DNA of 64,000 nt from Eledone cirrhosa (GCA_964016885.1 OZ024740.1:201128001-201192000); one strand, 5' to 3'. Positions 38,988 through 53,252 are shown, counted from the stretch's first letter. The notes: generated by a model not told the origin, from the sequence alone. A program made the numbers and translations.

Positions 38988-40288
38988 TAGGAAAAAGTAT
39001 GACCCCGACGGCAGAGCTCAAGCCGTTTCGACGGCTATTTCTGCACTAAATTAGAATTTTTAGCCTGGTAAATAAATAGCCGAACTTTTCAAGGGGTACT
39101 TCCTTATATGGGAAGATTGTAGTTGTCAAGAGGATTGGTCAAAATTCGTTGTAAACACAAATAAGACTATCGTGGCAGTGGGTGGGAGGTGGGGTGGCTG
39201 AACTTGCCTGTAGAACAATGAGGGAATGGGTGGAGCCGGTCAAGCGTTGAAAGTGAAATCTATACGGCAAATTCTAAGGATTGTGTATGAAAGTAGGCCA
39301 GAGGAGGTAGGCAAAAAAAGGTTTTTGGAGAAATTAGAGGAGGGACGTTATAGAATGGGTAAATCAATTGAGATTAGGAGACAATAAAAAAAAATAATAA
39401 AAAAATAAGAGAAAGATATATAAAAATATAAAATTGGAGAGTGAGAAGTGATAAAAAACAAAAACTATAGAGTCTAACACAGCTGCTATATTTAGTTGGT
39501 GTTGCTTTTTCGGCCAATGCTATAGAATGAGTTGAGAATAGAAGATACTAAATAAGAATTATTGAAATTGTAGAATTGGGTAGTAAAAAGTAATACAAAA
39601 TCTCTGGGGTCTAACACAGCTGCTGTGATTAGTTAGTATAGCGTATTCGGCCAATGCTATCTTTAAGTTACTGGGGTGGGGGTACTGTGGCTACAGAGCT
39701 CCGATGAGCCGCCTCGGAGTAGGCGAAAGGGGAAAAGAACGAGGAAGAAGATCGGTGGTGGAAGGAGGTGATAGGAGGAGACAAAGGGAAGAAGAAAACA
39801 TAGAGGAAAAGAAAAGAGGTACATCTACCTATGTCAGCTGGGGTTTCCCCTATCTTATTCGGCAAGTGGGGTGTGTCAGCCCTTGTCTATCCACCCGGAT
39901 CTTTAGGGGGTTTGAGGGCGAGGTAAATCTTACGCAATCTGTGTTTGCATGCAGTTACCAGTTCGTCTTTTTTGTTTAGGAGTTGATCCCTCTTATTAGT
40001 ACCTTCTTATTTAGTATCTTCTATTCTCAACTCATTCTATAGCATTGGCCGAAAAAGCAACACCAACTGAATATAGCAGCTGTTTTAGACTCTATAGATT
40101 TTGTTTTTATCACTTCTCACTATCCAATTTTATATTTTTATATATCTTTCTATTATTTTTTTATTATTTTTTTTATCGTCTCCTAATCTCAATTGATTTA
40201 CCTATTCTATAACTAAAACTTCTAATTTAGTGCAGAAATAGCCGTCGAAACGGCTTGAGCTCTGCCGCCGGGGTCATATATTTTCCTA
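38988..40288. mobile_element. Fold-back PLE 3' end, family G: arms 38988-39056/40220-40288 and 39347-39558/40004-40213
   Basis: Reverse-complement matches read directly. The spacer holds a PLE C-terminus. A degenerate HHR (TTGAAAA-G.CGGCTATTT...AAATAGCCGTC-GAAAC) lies on the minus strand at ~39025-39097. Related fragment at ~62255-62312. Confidence 0.8.
39905..39998 (-). pseudogene. C-terminal tip of a PLE ORF
   Basis: Manual translation NKRDQLLNKKDELVTACKHRLRKIYLALKP matches the LNKRSELxxxCRH motif. Confidence 0.7.
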
Positions 40289-40535
40289 TTACCCACTCAA
40301 CTACCCTAAGTATTGAATACTCTAGTGAGTTATGGTCCATCTGGTTCCTTACCACAACTCCCTCGTTATATTTATATATATATATATATTTATATATAAG
40401 GAAAAAAGATGAAATCGAAAATGCATCTGGAGCCTTTTCTTTTTTAAATATATTTATTTGGTTCCTTTACCGGTTTCGCAGTTCTTGTGCTTTTCAAAAG
40501 TAGAATTGAGATGGAGGGTTTGTGGTTTTTCTCAC

Positions 40536-40583
<48 letters not shown>

Positions 40584-40734
40584 AGTGGGTGTAACTAGGA
40601 GTTACTGCAGGTTCACCCGGGTGAGCACTCGATGTTTAGGTTCACTTCTGTGATAATGTGTAGAGCTATACAGAGTGTAAAATATAGAAAGGATAAAAAG
40701 GACGATTGATTATTCCTTCATTGCATTTATTGAT

Positions 40735-40821
40735 AGGTAACGCGCGTTTCGCCACTGATCAGCTCAAGGTTCGATCTATATCGATCCTACCCGACTCAAT
40801 AATCGGCAGCTCGACGGACCC
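40735..40821 (-). ncRNA. Decayed hammerhead motif, family H, with long stem II
   Basis: GGGT-CCGTCGA-GCTGCCGAT...ATCAGTGGC-GAAAC gcgc GTT-ACCT. The core has two changes from CTGACGA. Stem III is the palindrome ACGCGCGT. Confidence 0.5.
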
Positions 40822-41620
40822 TCTTAAAATGCTATTAGAAAATGAAATACATGCTATGTGGTAAAGTCAGAGTTTCAAGAGTTTGACAAAATGAGTTGTT
40901 TTGATTGGTGGGAAGGATCAAGGCGATGTACTGGCCTGTAATGTATGTGGGGGTGGGTGTGATGGTGAGATGTTGGTGACGGTCGGAGGATGAGGTGGGC
41001 TGTGGTGTGGTGGTAGTGGGTTGGCCTTGGCGTGTAGAGTATGTTGGGGTGGATGTGATATGGTGGTGGTTATGGTTATTTAGTGGGATGGGCTGTGGTA
41101 TGAGGTTAGTGGATTGTCAGTAGACGGGTCGGCGTGTGGGTGGGGGTGTGGTAGTGGTGCCGTTGTCTATGGTAGCGGCGTTTGTGGTGGTGTGTTGGAT
41201 GTATTGGTGGCGTCAAGGTCCTTACATAGATACATAGCTAGACGCTCTTCGTCTGACAGATACCTTGTATATACGTATACGCACATACATATATGTATAT
41301 ATGTGCACATATATTGTTGTATAAACACACACAACACAAAACACATACGCACATCCTTGCCCACACATATCGACACACGCACGTACACAGCCATATGTAT
41401 ATGTACACACACGTATGTGTATGCGCGCATGCGGACATGAATATGGAGAGTGGGGGAGTATCGGTGGGGGTGGCGAACGACAGAGATGGGTTGAAGGTGA
41501 GAGGCAATGTAGAAGGTGTTTTACATTTATACATACACATACATACACATGGGTATGGGCACATGGACTCACACTCATGTATGCAAAATATACACATACA
41601 CACTCACACACACGTATACT

Positions 41621-41661
<41 letters not shown>

Positions 41662-41665
<4 letters not shown>

Positions 41666-41760
41666 GATATTAAACAAATGGAAACTATATTTATAAAACC
41701 ATATTTATAACGAAATAAATATGGTTTTATAAATATAGTTTCCATTTGTTTAATATCGTA
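41662..41760. repeat. Perfect ~45-bp-arm hairpin made of the family F 3' end
   Basis: tacgatattaaacaaatggaaactatatttataaaaccatatttat / ataaatatggttttataaatatagtttccatttgtttaatatcgta. Matches ~23915-23955. Confidence 0.85.
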
Positions 41761-41845
41761 AACCTACTCCAGAAACTGTTGAGTGCTTTTATATCAGTTA
41801 TAAAATATTTACTCGTTGTAACCCAACAATCTTAAATAAAACTTT

Positions 41846-41885
<40 letters not shown>

Positions 41886-43321
41886 TGTACAGACAACACA
41901 CACATACACGCACATATACACATACATGCACATATATGAGCTCACCTACACATACAGTCAGATTCACCCATTTACATACATGTAGACGTACACATACACA
42001 CACATACATACACATACATATATATACACACACATACACATACGCATACACATACAGATATATATATACACACATATAGATATATGTATACACATGTGTT
42101 CACATACACACACATACACATACATATAAATGTGCGTACACGCACGCACACTTAAACGGCCGTATGTGTAAAAATACTTACACACAGACACACACACTAT
42201 TGTTGGTTGGGGAGTGGAGGTATGTGTTGTCGGTGTTGATGAAGTATGGAGTTGTGTTTTGTGGTGGTGGTGGTGGAGTTGTGAGGGACAAAAATATATA
42301 TACCGGATCGAATACCGGTTAAAAGGTGACACAGGGAACGCGGGGGAAAAGCGTTTATGGACGTACGGCGATGTGTGTTGTGGACATGGTAATGGTGGTG
42401 GTGCTGGGGTGATATGTTCGACAAGATGATTACATGATCAGAGGTTACAGTGTGTTATAGGGTAGGCAGACGGGTGGTAGGGGATATATAATACTGTCGA
42501 TCTGGGAGCGAGGGATGATATGTGTTGATGATGTTAATGATAATGATTGTTGAAGTATGTGGATGTATCTAGTGGTGGCGGTGGTTGTGTGTGCGTGCGA
42601 CAGTACAATTACAGGGTCGAATTTAGCGTGGGGTTGTAGGTTAGGGTAGATAGAGGGATATATATACATACATATGTATATATATATATATATATTCATT
42701 GTATGTTTATATATATATACATACATATGTATATATATATTCATTGTATGTTTATATATATATATAAACATACAATGTATATATGTTTTTTTCTTCTATG
42801 TCTCTGTGTGTATGCAAGTATGTATATAGTGTGCACAATGATTTCATAACTTTACTAAAATTTACTTAACAATTCTAATGCCTTTCTAATACCTTTGTCG
42901 TAGTAATGGGTTCTAGCTTCTGCATATAGCCATCAGTTTGTAATAAGAAAGTCAGTTAAATACGTATTGTGTGTAATTCGATCTGTCTCCTTTTGTCTTT
43001 CTCAGTGGTCTTCAACGACTTATCCAACCGGTGGCCTTTGTACTTATATCATTAAGATCCATTGCTTAGTGGGTCGTAGAGTTACTCATAAGCTCTTCTT
43101 CTTCATATAGTATGTTTAAATGAATTTAGATCGGCGGATCTCATCGACCTCTAAACTATATTCTCAGATAAGAGTTGAACGCCAACAGCCATCTAAGGAA
43201 ACACTCGCCGATGTTATATTGCTGTCATAATTTAATGGAGGTGTGTGCGTTGAGTTTGAAACATTGAACATTAGGAAAAGAAAAATATATTTTTTACGAA
43301 CTATTATTTACCGTTTTAGAG

Positions 43322-43973
43322 GGTGGTGGATTGGCAGTATCGGTAAAGCGTCGGACAACATGCTTTGTGGCATAGTGTTACGGCCCTTTACGTTTTGAGT
43401 TCAAATCCCGCCGTGGTTAGCTTTGGCTTTCATCTTTACGAGGTCGATAAAATAAAGTAACAGTTACGCACTGGGGTCGATATAATCGGCTTTCTCCTCC
43501 CCCAAAGGTGTTGGCCCTGTGCCTAAATCAGATATTGTTATTTATCTTTATACTTACATAGGCATAGATGATCAAAATCTGTATTTAATAATATATTAAT
43601 TATTTACTTAGTATTTATAAATAATTGTTTCTACTTTTGGCACAAGGCTAGCAATTACCCAGTGCATTACTGGTACTTTATTTTATCGACCCCGTAAGGA
43701 TGAAAGGCAAAGTCAACCTCGGCGGGATTTGAACTCAGATCGTAAAGAGACGTAACTATGCTGGAAAGCATGGCATCCGAATAAATAATTGTTTCTACTT
43801 TAGGCACAAGGCCAGCAATTACCCAGTGCATTACTGGTACTTTATTTTATCGACCCCGTAAGGATGAAAAGCAAAGTTAACCTCGGCGGGATTTGAACTC
43901 AGACTGTAAAGGGACGTAACTATGCTAGAAAGCATGGCGTCCAACCCTCTACCGATACTGCCAATTCACCGCC
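43322..43973. mobile_element. SINE cluster: 43322-43545 (+, longer variant), 43621-43780 (-), 43784-43973 (-)
   Basis: Same A/B boxes and central domain as the 18852 copy. Confidence 0.88.
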
Positions 43974-44853
43974 CTAATAAATAATGTTTGTCTTGTACAA
44001 CATTTATAATTGCACCTCTTAATAGAAATAAACATTAATTTCCGTAGTGTGGTATGAATTAAGATAAAATTCCAGTTAATCACACATCTATCTCTAATTT
44101 TGCTTTTTAAAAATATTGTAATTTTAATTCGTTCAGAGAAGTGTGCGTTTCTTCCATGTCCATCATTATATGGAGTGGAATGGACCTCCGTCGAATTTGA
44201 CGATGAGTGTTCCAGTTGTTCGATCAACGGAACAACCTGATCGTAAAATTAATGTGTAAGTGACTGTTTTTGTACGTTTAAGGTAATTGTCGCAGAGATT
44301 CAGTGTCATACATGGGTGAAGTACGGATACAGTCTATCAGCCGGGTTTCAAAACAGTTTCCTTCGACCCAGTGTCACTGACAAGGATTGGTTAAATTGTT
44401 GATTGCAAAAAATGCAACACAGTGAGATTGAAAAGTGGACCTTATGATAGCGAATCAAACTGTTTAACCATTAGGCCATGCTGCCTCCATTTCGTTCAAA
44501 CGTCCAGGTAGACAGACAGAGAAACAGACAGACAGACTGACAGACAAACAGACATACAAACAGACAGACATACAAGCAAACAGACAGACAGACAGACAAA
44601 CAGACAAACAAACAGGTTGACAGACATGCTTACGTATGCAATACGCGCACATGCACGCAGACACACATACAGTCTGAGAAATATAATTACCTAATTAATG
44701 TCTAAATTCCAATGAGAGAGTTTGTCTCTGTATTAGAGACCGGATCTCTGCTGGTGAGAAATTAAAACGAGAGAAACATACATACATACATACATACATA
44801 CATACATACATACATACATACATACATACATACATACATACATACATACATAC

Positions 44854-47800
44854 CTGTAAGAAACTTGACACCACCTGTACCATCTAAGTCTACCTCGAAT
44901 GCTGGGGGAAAACACTATAGATAATAATAATAATCGAATAAATGTGACACCAGGTGTACCATCCGAGTCTACATCGACTGTTGTGGAAAATACTATCGAT
45001 AATGATAATCAAAAGTATAAACAAATGAAAATTTCCCTCAACTAAATCTTCCAGATGTAAATTAACTCATGTATAAATATCTCTCTTGCTGAACGTGTTA
45101 AAACGACAATGTTGAATAAAAAAAAAACAAATAATGAAATACTACGTGTTATTGACGAAATAGGGGTTGAATATTTACGACGGAAAAAACCCCCAACATT
45201 TTGGCAAATCAACGCCTGTTTATATTCCCTAGCAACGACAGTGAAGCATTATCTTGGTAACAACAGAGATATTAACAAGAACAAAACACCACCAAAAATA
45301 CCATCATATATAACTAAAATAGAAAAAAAGAGTGCTGACCTACGGAAAAACATAAGATATGTGACAATGCTCCTTACATGCAAACACACACAAAAAACCT
45401 CACTCCTCACCAACAAAGAGTGAAAAATAAAATAGAGACGATATTTGATAACAGTAGAACCAGAACTCTCCAATATAAGCTGATCACCCTCAAACAAGAA
45501 TTGAGAGCTGTTAGCGAAAAACGCCGATACCTGAAGAAGGTAGATAAGAGAAAAATGCTTAATAAAAGATTCAGACGAAACCAAACATCAGTCTATAGAG
45601 ATATGAAGGGCAAAATAATAAGTGTCACTGAGGCCCCATCCCAGAAAGACATAGATTCCTTTTGGAGAAAAATATGGGGTGAAAAGAAGAATTTCAACCA
45701 AGATACAGTATGGCTAAGAGAAATCCGAAAGAACTATTGCTCCTACACTACAACAAAAACATACGAAATAAGTGAGGGTACCCTTGAGACTGTGATAGGA
45801 AAACTCCAAGATAAGAAAACACCAGGAAGAGACATGATTGTCGGCTACTGGTACAATAAACTGATATTCTATCAGAGGTGTCTTACTGAACTCTACCAAC
45901 AAGTTCTTAAGGTAGATACACTTATACCAGAATGGTTGACATTAGCACAAACATTACTGGTCCCCAAGAACAAAGACACCCACTTGGCAAAAACTACCGA
46001 CCCCTTGCATACCAGAACCTGATGTATAAGATGTATACAGCCTGCCTGAACCTATTCCTCCAAGATCACTGTGAAAATAATAACATCATCACAGATGAAT
46101 AAGCAGCTGGAAAGAAAGGGGTTTGGGGATGTGCTGAACAACTCCTAATCAACAAAACTGCGATGTCGGAGGTGCGACAACTTAGGAGGAATATGACTAC
46201 AGTCTGGCTGGACTACAAGAAAGCTTTTGATTCTGTTCCCCACTCTTGGATGATAGAGGCCCTCCAACTTGCTAAAGTCCCAGACATTATTGTCAGAGCC
46301 ATAGAGAGGCTGTCTTCTTCTTGGGCTACTATTCTAAGGTTAAAGACAGAGAGGGAGGACTCTATTTTCACTGATAAAATGAAATATTGCAGGGGTATAT
46401 TTCAGGGGGACAGTCTCTCTGTGATATTATTCATCTTGTCATTAAACCCCTTGTCCTTTCTGCTCAAGAAATGTGAGAGATACATCATTGGCTCACAGGA
46501 GGACAGAAATACGAACCTAACACATAATTTCTTTGTGGACGATCTGAAACTATATGCCAAGAACGTGGATGGGATGAAGAAAAATCTTGACCTGGTTACA
46601 ACGTTCTCAAATCGGGGAAAAACAACAACCCAAACTAGCAACATTGTCATCAATGGCCTAACTGTTTCACCGATATCTGATGAGGACTGCTACAGATACC
46701 TGGGGATAGATGAGAACATATCCTATAATTGTATCTGTAATAAAGAACGCGTAACCAAGGAATACTACACCCGATTAAGAAAGATCTGGTCATCGGAACT
46801 CTCTGCGCAAAACAAAACAATGGCTCACAATGCGTTTTCTGTGCCTGTCCTAACACCAACGTTTGGAAAACTCAATTGGACGATAGACGAAATCCGAGCA
46901 GTTGATGTTGGAACTCGAAAAATACTGAACAACACCGGAAACTTCCACATCAACAGTGACATAGACCGCCTTTTCTTGAAACGTAAGCAGGGAGGCAGAG
47001 GCCTAAAATCAGTCCAGAGAACATTTGAATGTCGCATCATATCTCTCCGACAACATCTACGAACCTCGAAGCGTAGAAGCCCGTTTCTCGAGCAAGTCTA
47101 TCTGCATGAAACAGATAAGATCATGAGAATTGGGAAGGAACTCCTTGAGAGATATTCCCTGTGTGGTAATCAAAAACTCACACCCAGGGATGTCGCTCAG
47201 CAGTATCGCAGTGAATCCGTGGATGAAAAACTGTATGCCTATCAGCAAAAAATCATGCGTGGCTATGTTGCCAAGAAGCTCCAGAGTGAGAGTAATATAG
47301 ATAAGAAAAGTAGTCTATCTTGGACCAACAACCGCTATATTGCCTCCCACTTTGAAGGATACGCTTTGCAATCCAGGAACAGGAGATTAGCACGAAATAC
47401 CTGATTCACAAAAGAGATAGGGATTCAGGCAAAACACTTAGATGTGATAACAAATGCAGACTCTGCAGAACTAACATCGAGGATATCACCCATGTCATCA
47501 GCAGCTGTCCAAAGATGTCATCGCGCTACTATCTACCTATGAGGCATGATGTAGTGGCCAAAACACTGTACAATGCAGTTCGTAAAAAAGATAGCCCCGA
47601 TAATAAACACATTAAAAGCTACACAATGTGGAAGACATCCATGTACATAATATGAAAGAGTACTGGTGGAATGTTCCAGTAAAAACCCCAATAAAATGCA
47701 GGCATAACAAACCAGATATTATGATATGGGACAGGGAGAAGAAAACATGCACAGTAGTGAAAATTAGCTGCCCAGCAGATGCCAATATAATATCAAAGAT

Positions 47801-48271
47801 TAGTGAAAAGGAGAATATTTATGCAGAACTGATGAGAAATCTGCAGATACTCCACCCTGATTACACCTTCAGATTTATGCCTGTGATTATTGGGGCACTG
47901 GGATATGTTAATAACTGCCACAATACAAATCTTGAGAAGCTAGGCTTCACAGGAACAGAAAGAACACAACTAGTTAAGAAATTACAAGTACAATCCATTA
48001 ATAGAACAGTAAAAATATGTAAAACATTCCAAACATTTTGCATCTAATAACTGCATATACACATGTACAGATACAAAGCATATACACATGCACACATACA
48101 ATTCAAAACATACACATCCACACATACAATAACATCCATATCTACACATGCATGCATACATATCGACCTAGTTGATGTTGTGTAAATTGCAATGAGAGAG
48201 TCTTGTGTCTATGTTAGAAACCTACTCTCTCTCTATTGGTAAAACTTTGTGAAATTATAAAACCAGAAGAA
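44854..48271 (+). mobile_element. R4/Dong-type RLE LINE, copy 2 (decayed), flanked by (CATA)n; an extra 3'-end fragment at ~44700-44775
   Basis: WLDYKKAFDSV, GIFQGDSLS, FVDD, RKQGGRGL, CRLC..HVISSC, RHD, KPDIMIWD. (CATA)n at 44776-44853 and 48272-48282. Confidence 0.88.
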
Positions 48272-48282
48272 CATACATACAT

Positions 48283-48856
48283 GATGGCTGCCTCCTCGTT
48301 ATCGAGTATGGCCATTGCACGTTATACCATTATTAATAATTATTAATTAATTCTATCGTGCAATGCCTGTGCGGGAAGATATTTTTTAAAGTGAGGAAAG
48401 ACAGTGCACTGAGCCAATCCCACTCTCTGGGCGACAGTAGCTATAACCCGAAAAGAAGAAAAGATCAACATCATCGGTAACTATTGAGCCGCAGGTTTTA
48501 TATCGGAGTTATCCCAGTTTTCTGAGTTGCCTTCTCCTAGAAGAATGCCCTGATTAAGGCTAGGGGTCCTTCACTCTCAGTGGTTTAACCGCGCGATCGG
48601 GTGTCCAGCCCGACAAATTCTATGTCCTCGCGTATATACATACACATGCACCCATGTATATACACATATACATATACATACATATGTACATGTGTATATA
48701 CATATTTACACACTTTTGGATGGCCGTTGACTCTTATGAGTTCTTCCGCCCTTTGTCAGGGTTTGTTCTTTTGTCCTGCAGGGTGTCCAAACACCCTCCT
48801 CACCAAGTAAACTTGGTGGGGTTGCCGGTTTGGTCACCGACGACTCGACCATGCGA
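48283..48856 (-). mobile_element. Non-autonomous RTE-derived element (5'UTR-like + 3' end) with (ATGT)n tail
   Basis: Minus strand has ctaggagaaggcaactc (RTE 5'UTR-like) and ends ...ggccatactcgataacgaggaggcagccatcATGTATGT. Homologous to 49585-50760 and partly to ~50990-51170. Confidence 0.6.
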
Positions 48857-48911
48857 CATACATACATACATACATACATACATACATACATACATACATA
48901 CATACATACAT

Positions 48912-49432
48912 GATGTCTGCAAACTCGTGTTCGAGCATTGCCACATTCCTTAAACCTTTTCAGATCATAATCTACATGAGGTTTACTGATATGAATTTGT
49001 TCGTGTCTAGTCAAACCAGCTTTACTCAGGCAGACTCGACCACAGTGCTGGCAAACCAGATGACGAACATTTACCATCGCACCCCAAGTAACTTACGAAG
49101 AGATTGTTGGTGAAATCTCTCCAGTTCCTTGAAGTGCTTTCTGTATGTGACCCACGTTTCACAAGCATAAATAAAGCAAAGAGGAGACGACACAAGTCAG
49201 GTACATTTTCACCTTGATTTCGATAATGATACCTCCTCGGGAGCATAAACGTTCATGCAGCCATCCAAAAGCATCACTGGCTGTCTTGATTCTTAAGGAT
49301 ATTTCATCAAGTGTGCATCAATTGTTCAGCGCACTACCAAGGTAAACGAACTTGTCAGCAACTTTTAGCCTCTTTCCGTACACGTACACACTTGGTGTAG
49401 TGTACTCTTTTCCAGGTGCTGGCAGATACATA
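48912..49432 (-). pseudogene. Internally deleted RTE fragment
   Basis: VYVYGKRLKVADKFVYLGS and CQHCGRVCLSKAGLTRHEQIH, homologous to 35411-37740. Confidence 0.75.
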
Positions 49433-49520
49433 ACAACATACATCCATACATAGATACATACATGGATTCATACATACATATATGGATTCACACACACATA
49501 CATACATATATATATGGATT

Positions 49521-49551
<31 letters not shown>

Positions 49552-49584
49552 GGATTCACACACTCATACATGCATACATACATA

Positions 49585-50760
49585 CATACATGGTGGCTGC
49601 CAACTCGTTTCCGAGTACGGCCACTACTCTATATCCATGTAGGAGAAGCCCTACCGATGCGCTGAATGAGTGTGATTTTTAGTCCAGCCAGCAACTTGAA
49701 AACTCTGGTACAAACACTACACTTGCGACAATTATTGACACATAGTGCTGGGCCCATGGTACCATGTGACGACAAGTGCAAAGAGATCTCCAGATATAAA
49801 GCAATGCCTGTGCAGTGAAGCTTTTATAGTGAGCAAAGGCACTGCACAAAGCCAGTCTCACTCTCTTAACTAAGATGATATTTACCAAAAAGAAGAACAT
49901 CATTGGATACCATCAGGGTTGCAGGTGTTATATTAGAGTTTTCCTTCTCCTAGAATTCTGCCTTGACAAAGGCTAAGGGGTCATCTCTCCCGGTGATTTT
50001 GGATGACCATTGACTCTCAAGAGCTCCTTTGCCCTTTGACAGGTTTTGTTTTTAGTCCTGCAGGATGTCCAAAGTCACCCTTCTCACCAAGAAACCTTGG
50101 TGGGGTTGCCAGTTTAGTCGCCAACGACCCGACCATGAGACAGGTTGTACTGGGATACATGCTACCAGTAGCACCAACTGGTGACCTGACATACATACAT
50201 ACATACATACATACATACATACATACATACATACATACATACATACATACATGGTGGCTGCCCACTCGTTTTCGAGTACGGCCACTACTTTATATCCATG
50301 TAGGAGAACCAATACCGATGCGCTGAACGAGTGTCACTTTTTAGTCCAGCCAGCGACTTGAAAACTCTGGTACAAACACTACACTTGTGACAATTATTGA
50401 CACATAGTGCTGGGCCCATGGTACCATGTGAGGACAAGTGCAGAGAGATCTCCAGATATAAAGCAATGCCTGTGCCGTGAAGCTTTTATAGCAAAGGCAC
50501 TGCACAAAGCCAGTCCCACTCTCTTAACCAAGATGATATTTACCAAAAAGAAGAACAAGTCAACATCATTGGATACCATCACGGTTGCAGGTGTTATATC
50601 AGAGTTTTCCTTCTCCTAGAATTCTGCCTTGACAAAGGCTAAGGGGTCATCTCTCCCGGTGATTTTGGATGACCATTGACTCTCAAGAGCTCCTTTGGCC
50701 TTTGACAGGTTTTGTTTTTAGTCCTGCAGGATGTCCAAAGTGACCCTCCTCACCAAGAAT
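49585..50760 (-). mobile_element. Two near-identical tandem copies of a non-autonomous RTE-like element (~49585-50190 and ~50250-50760) separated by (CATA)n
   Basis: catggtggctgcc.actcgttt.cgagtacggccactac starts both copies on the plus strand, followed by ~500 bp of collinear similarity. Confidence 0.75.
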
Positions 50761-51330
50761 ACATACATCTATATATTGACTGCATCTTGGTTACAAGAAT
50801 TGCCATCCATTGACCTTTTTCGCATACATGGATGGCACAAACATGACTTTTTAGCACTGCCAAAGACTTATCTTTCTTTCTCCATATGCTGCAGCAAAAG
50901 ACAAAAGAGTAGATCATGCTCCCGCAACACACATAAAAGTCTTTTCGATCAAGTGATGTCTGTGCTTGTAGCTTTTTTTAAGTGAAGAAAGGCCTTGACT
51001 GAACCAATTCCACTCTCTGAAGAACGATGACAGATATTCAAAAAGAAGAACCTGTCACACCATTGGCTGCCATCGAGTCGCAGGTTTCACATCAGAGATT
51101 TCTTTCACCTATAATGATTTCCTCACCAGAACTAGAGTCTCACGCTCCTGGTGGGCTAACGGCGCACTCTGGCACCAAACCGAGTCTCTATAGATTTATA
51201 CTTAATATCAACCTATTAACTAATTACTTTAACTTAGAAACTATGTGATAGTAGAAACTGCGAAACTGACTCTCATTAAAATAATTAGGTGGTTTATAAC
51301 AGGTGAAAGATTTGAAGATTAATCAATAAT

Positions 51331-52170
51331 AATTATTTCTAATTTAGGCGCGAGGCCAGCAATTTGTGGTGAAAGGAAAGTCGATTGTATCGATCCCTGG
51401 ACTTTACTGTTCCTTTAATTCATTGACCTCTCGGAGGAGGATGAAAGGCAATGTTGACCGCAACAGGATTTTAAACTAAAACGTAAAGGATTGTAACTAA
51501 ATACCGCAAAGCATTTTCACTGACGCTGATTAATCAAGAAGAAGAAGAAGAAGAAGAAGAAGAAGAAGAAGAAGAAACCCGGGCTTACACCTAAGAATAC
51601 AGTAAACATAAAGATAAATGTTACAATACAAAGTTATATAAAAACGTGACAATTATGCAATAAACAAATTAATTTCATAAAATATAACTATTTAATTATT
51701 ATAAAACGCAATAATTAACACAATATATGATATATAACATAAAAACATTCTGGGTTACCCATCTAAACCACTGGTGTCGGGTCAGAAAACGTTACATTTC
51801 TGCTCATTCACCATGCATTATATACTTCCTGGAGATCACCGAAATCCTCAGTATGCATTTTTTCGACGAATAATTATAATTTTTTCTACTTTTGGCACAA
51901 GGCCAGCAAATACCCCAGTGCATTACTGGTGTTTTATTTTATCGACCTTGTAATGACGAAAGGCAAAGCTAACCTCGGCGGGATTTGAACTCAGAACGTA
52001 AAGGGCCATAACTCTATGTTTCAAAGGATGTTGTCTGACGCTCTACAGATACTGCCAATAATTATAATTGTTTCTACTTTAGGCACAAGGCCAGCAATTA
52101 CCAGTGCATTACTGATACTTTATTTTATCGACCCTGTAAGGATGAAAGGCAAAGTCAACCTCGGCGGGGG
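51331..52170 (-). mobile_element. SINE copies: ~51331-51530 (diverged), ~51877-52059, ~52063-52170
   Basis: Reverse complements of the main SINE family. Confidence 0.8.
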
Positions 52171-52304
52171 TTTCTGATTTAGGGACAAGGCCAAGAATTT
52201 GGTGGGAGAAGAAAGTCGATCAAGTCTGTTGATCTTATGATAAACAAGGGAAATTCCAGAATAAGAAGACTCATTATTTGGCCTTAATAAAATGAATATA
52301 TATA

Positions 52305-53248
52305 TAAAAACGGAAAAAAATCAAACGAAATTTCATTTCTCACTCTTAGTACGGCTGTTACTTAAATATAAGTATGTATACGTACATACATATATGTATA
52401 CAGACGTACAGTAGTATGTATATATATATATACATACATGCACACATATATATATATGTACGTATGGATTCACCAAACATTTATTATAATGCTCAGTGTG
52501 TTTGTAAACAAACATCCCGAATTAAGCCGAACAGTGTCTAGCAACCATCGTTGCTCATTTGTTCAACACTGACAAAGGAACGCTGTAGTAGTTTCAAGCT
52601 TATTAGTTATCGTCAGCAACGTATACCTTCCTGCCAGATGGTTGAACGTCTGAAAGTATATACTTTCCTTATGCATATTAACGGCTGAGCAGCCTAATTT
52701 GCATATCGAGTGAGTTAATCGGCCGGGGTACCGAAAACGATAAACGGAAAAAATGAAACGAAATTTCATTTCTCACTCTTAGTACAGCTGTTACTTAAAT
52801 ATAAGTATGTATACATACATACATATATGTATACAGACGTACAGTAGTATGTATATATATATACATACATGCACACATATATATATATGTACGTATGAAT
52901 TCACCGAACATTTATTATAATGCTCGGTGTGTTTAAGGAAAGTATATACTTTCAGACGTTCAACCATCTGGCAGGAAGGTATACGTTGCTGACGATAGCT
53001 AATAAGCTTGAAATTAGTACAGCATTCCTTTGTCAGTGTTGAACAAATGAGCAACGATGGTTGCTGGACACTATACGGCTTAATTCGGGATGTTTGTTTA
53101 CAAACACACCGAGCATTATAATAAATGTTCGGTGAATCCATACGTTCATATATATATATATATGTGTGCATGTGTGCATGTATGTATATATATATATATA
53201 TACATACTACTGTACGTCTGTATACATATATGTATGTACGTATACATA

Positions 53249-53252
<4 letters not shown>
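52305..53252. mobile_element. Family I retrozyme-like array: ~437-bp monomer x1.4 (-) followed by an inverted copy (52933-53252, +), TA flanked
   Basis: aaacgaaatttcatttctcactcttagtac occurs at ~52323 and ~52756. HHR motifs at 52581-52621 (-) and ~52985-53025 (+, CTGACGA TAGC taataa GCTT GAAAT TA GTA CAGCA). Confidence 0.8.

Noticed and set aside
42840-43260. Possible decayed coding sequence on the minus strand (also 58900-59220 and 63700-63900)
   Set aside because: There are multiple stops and no motif I can recognise. It would need BLASTx.
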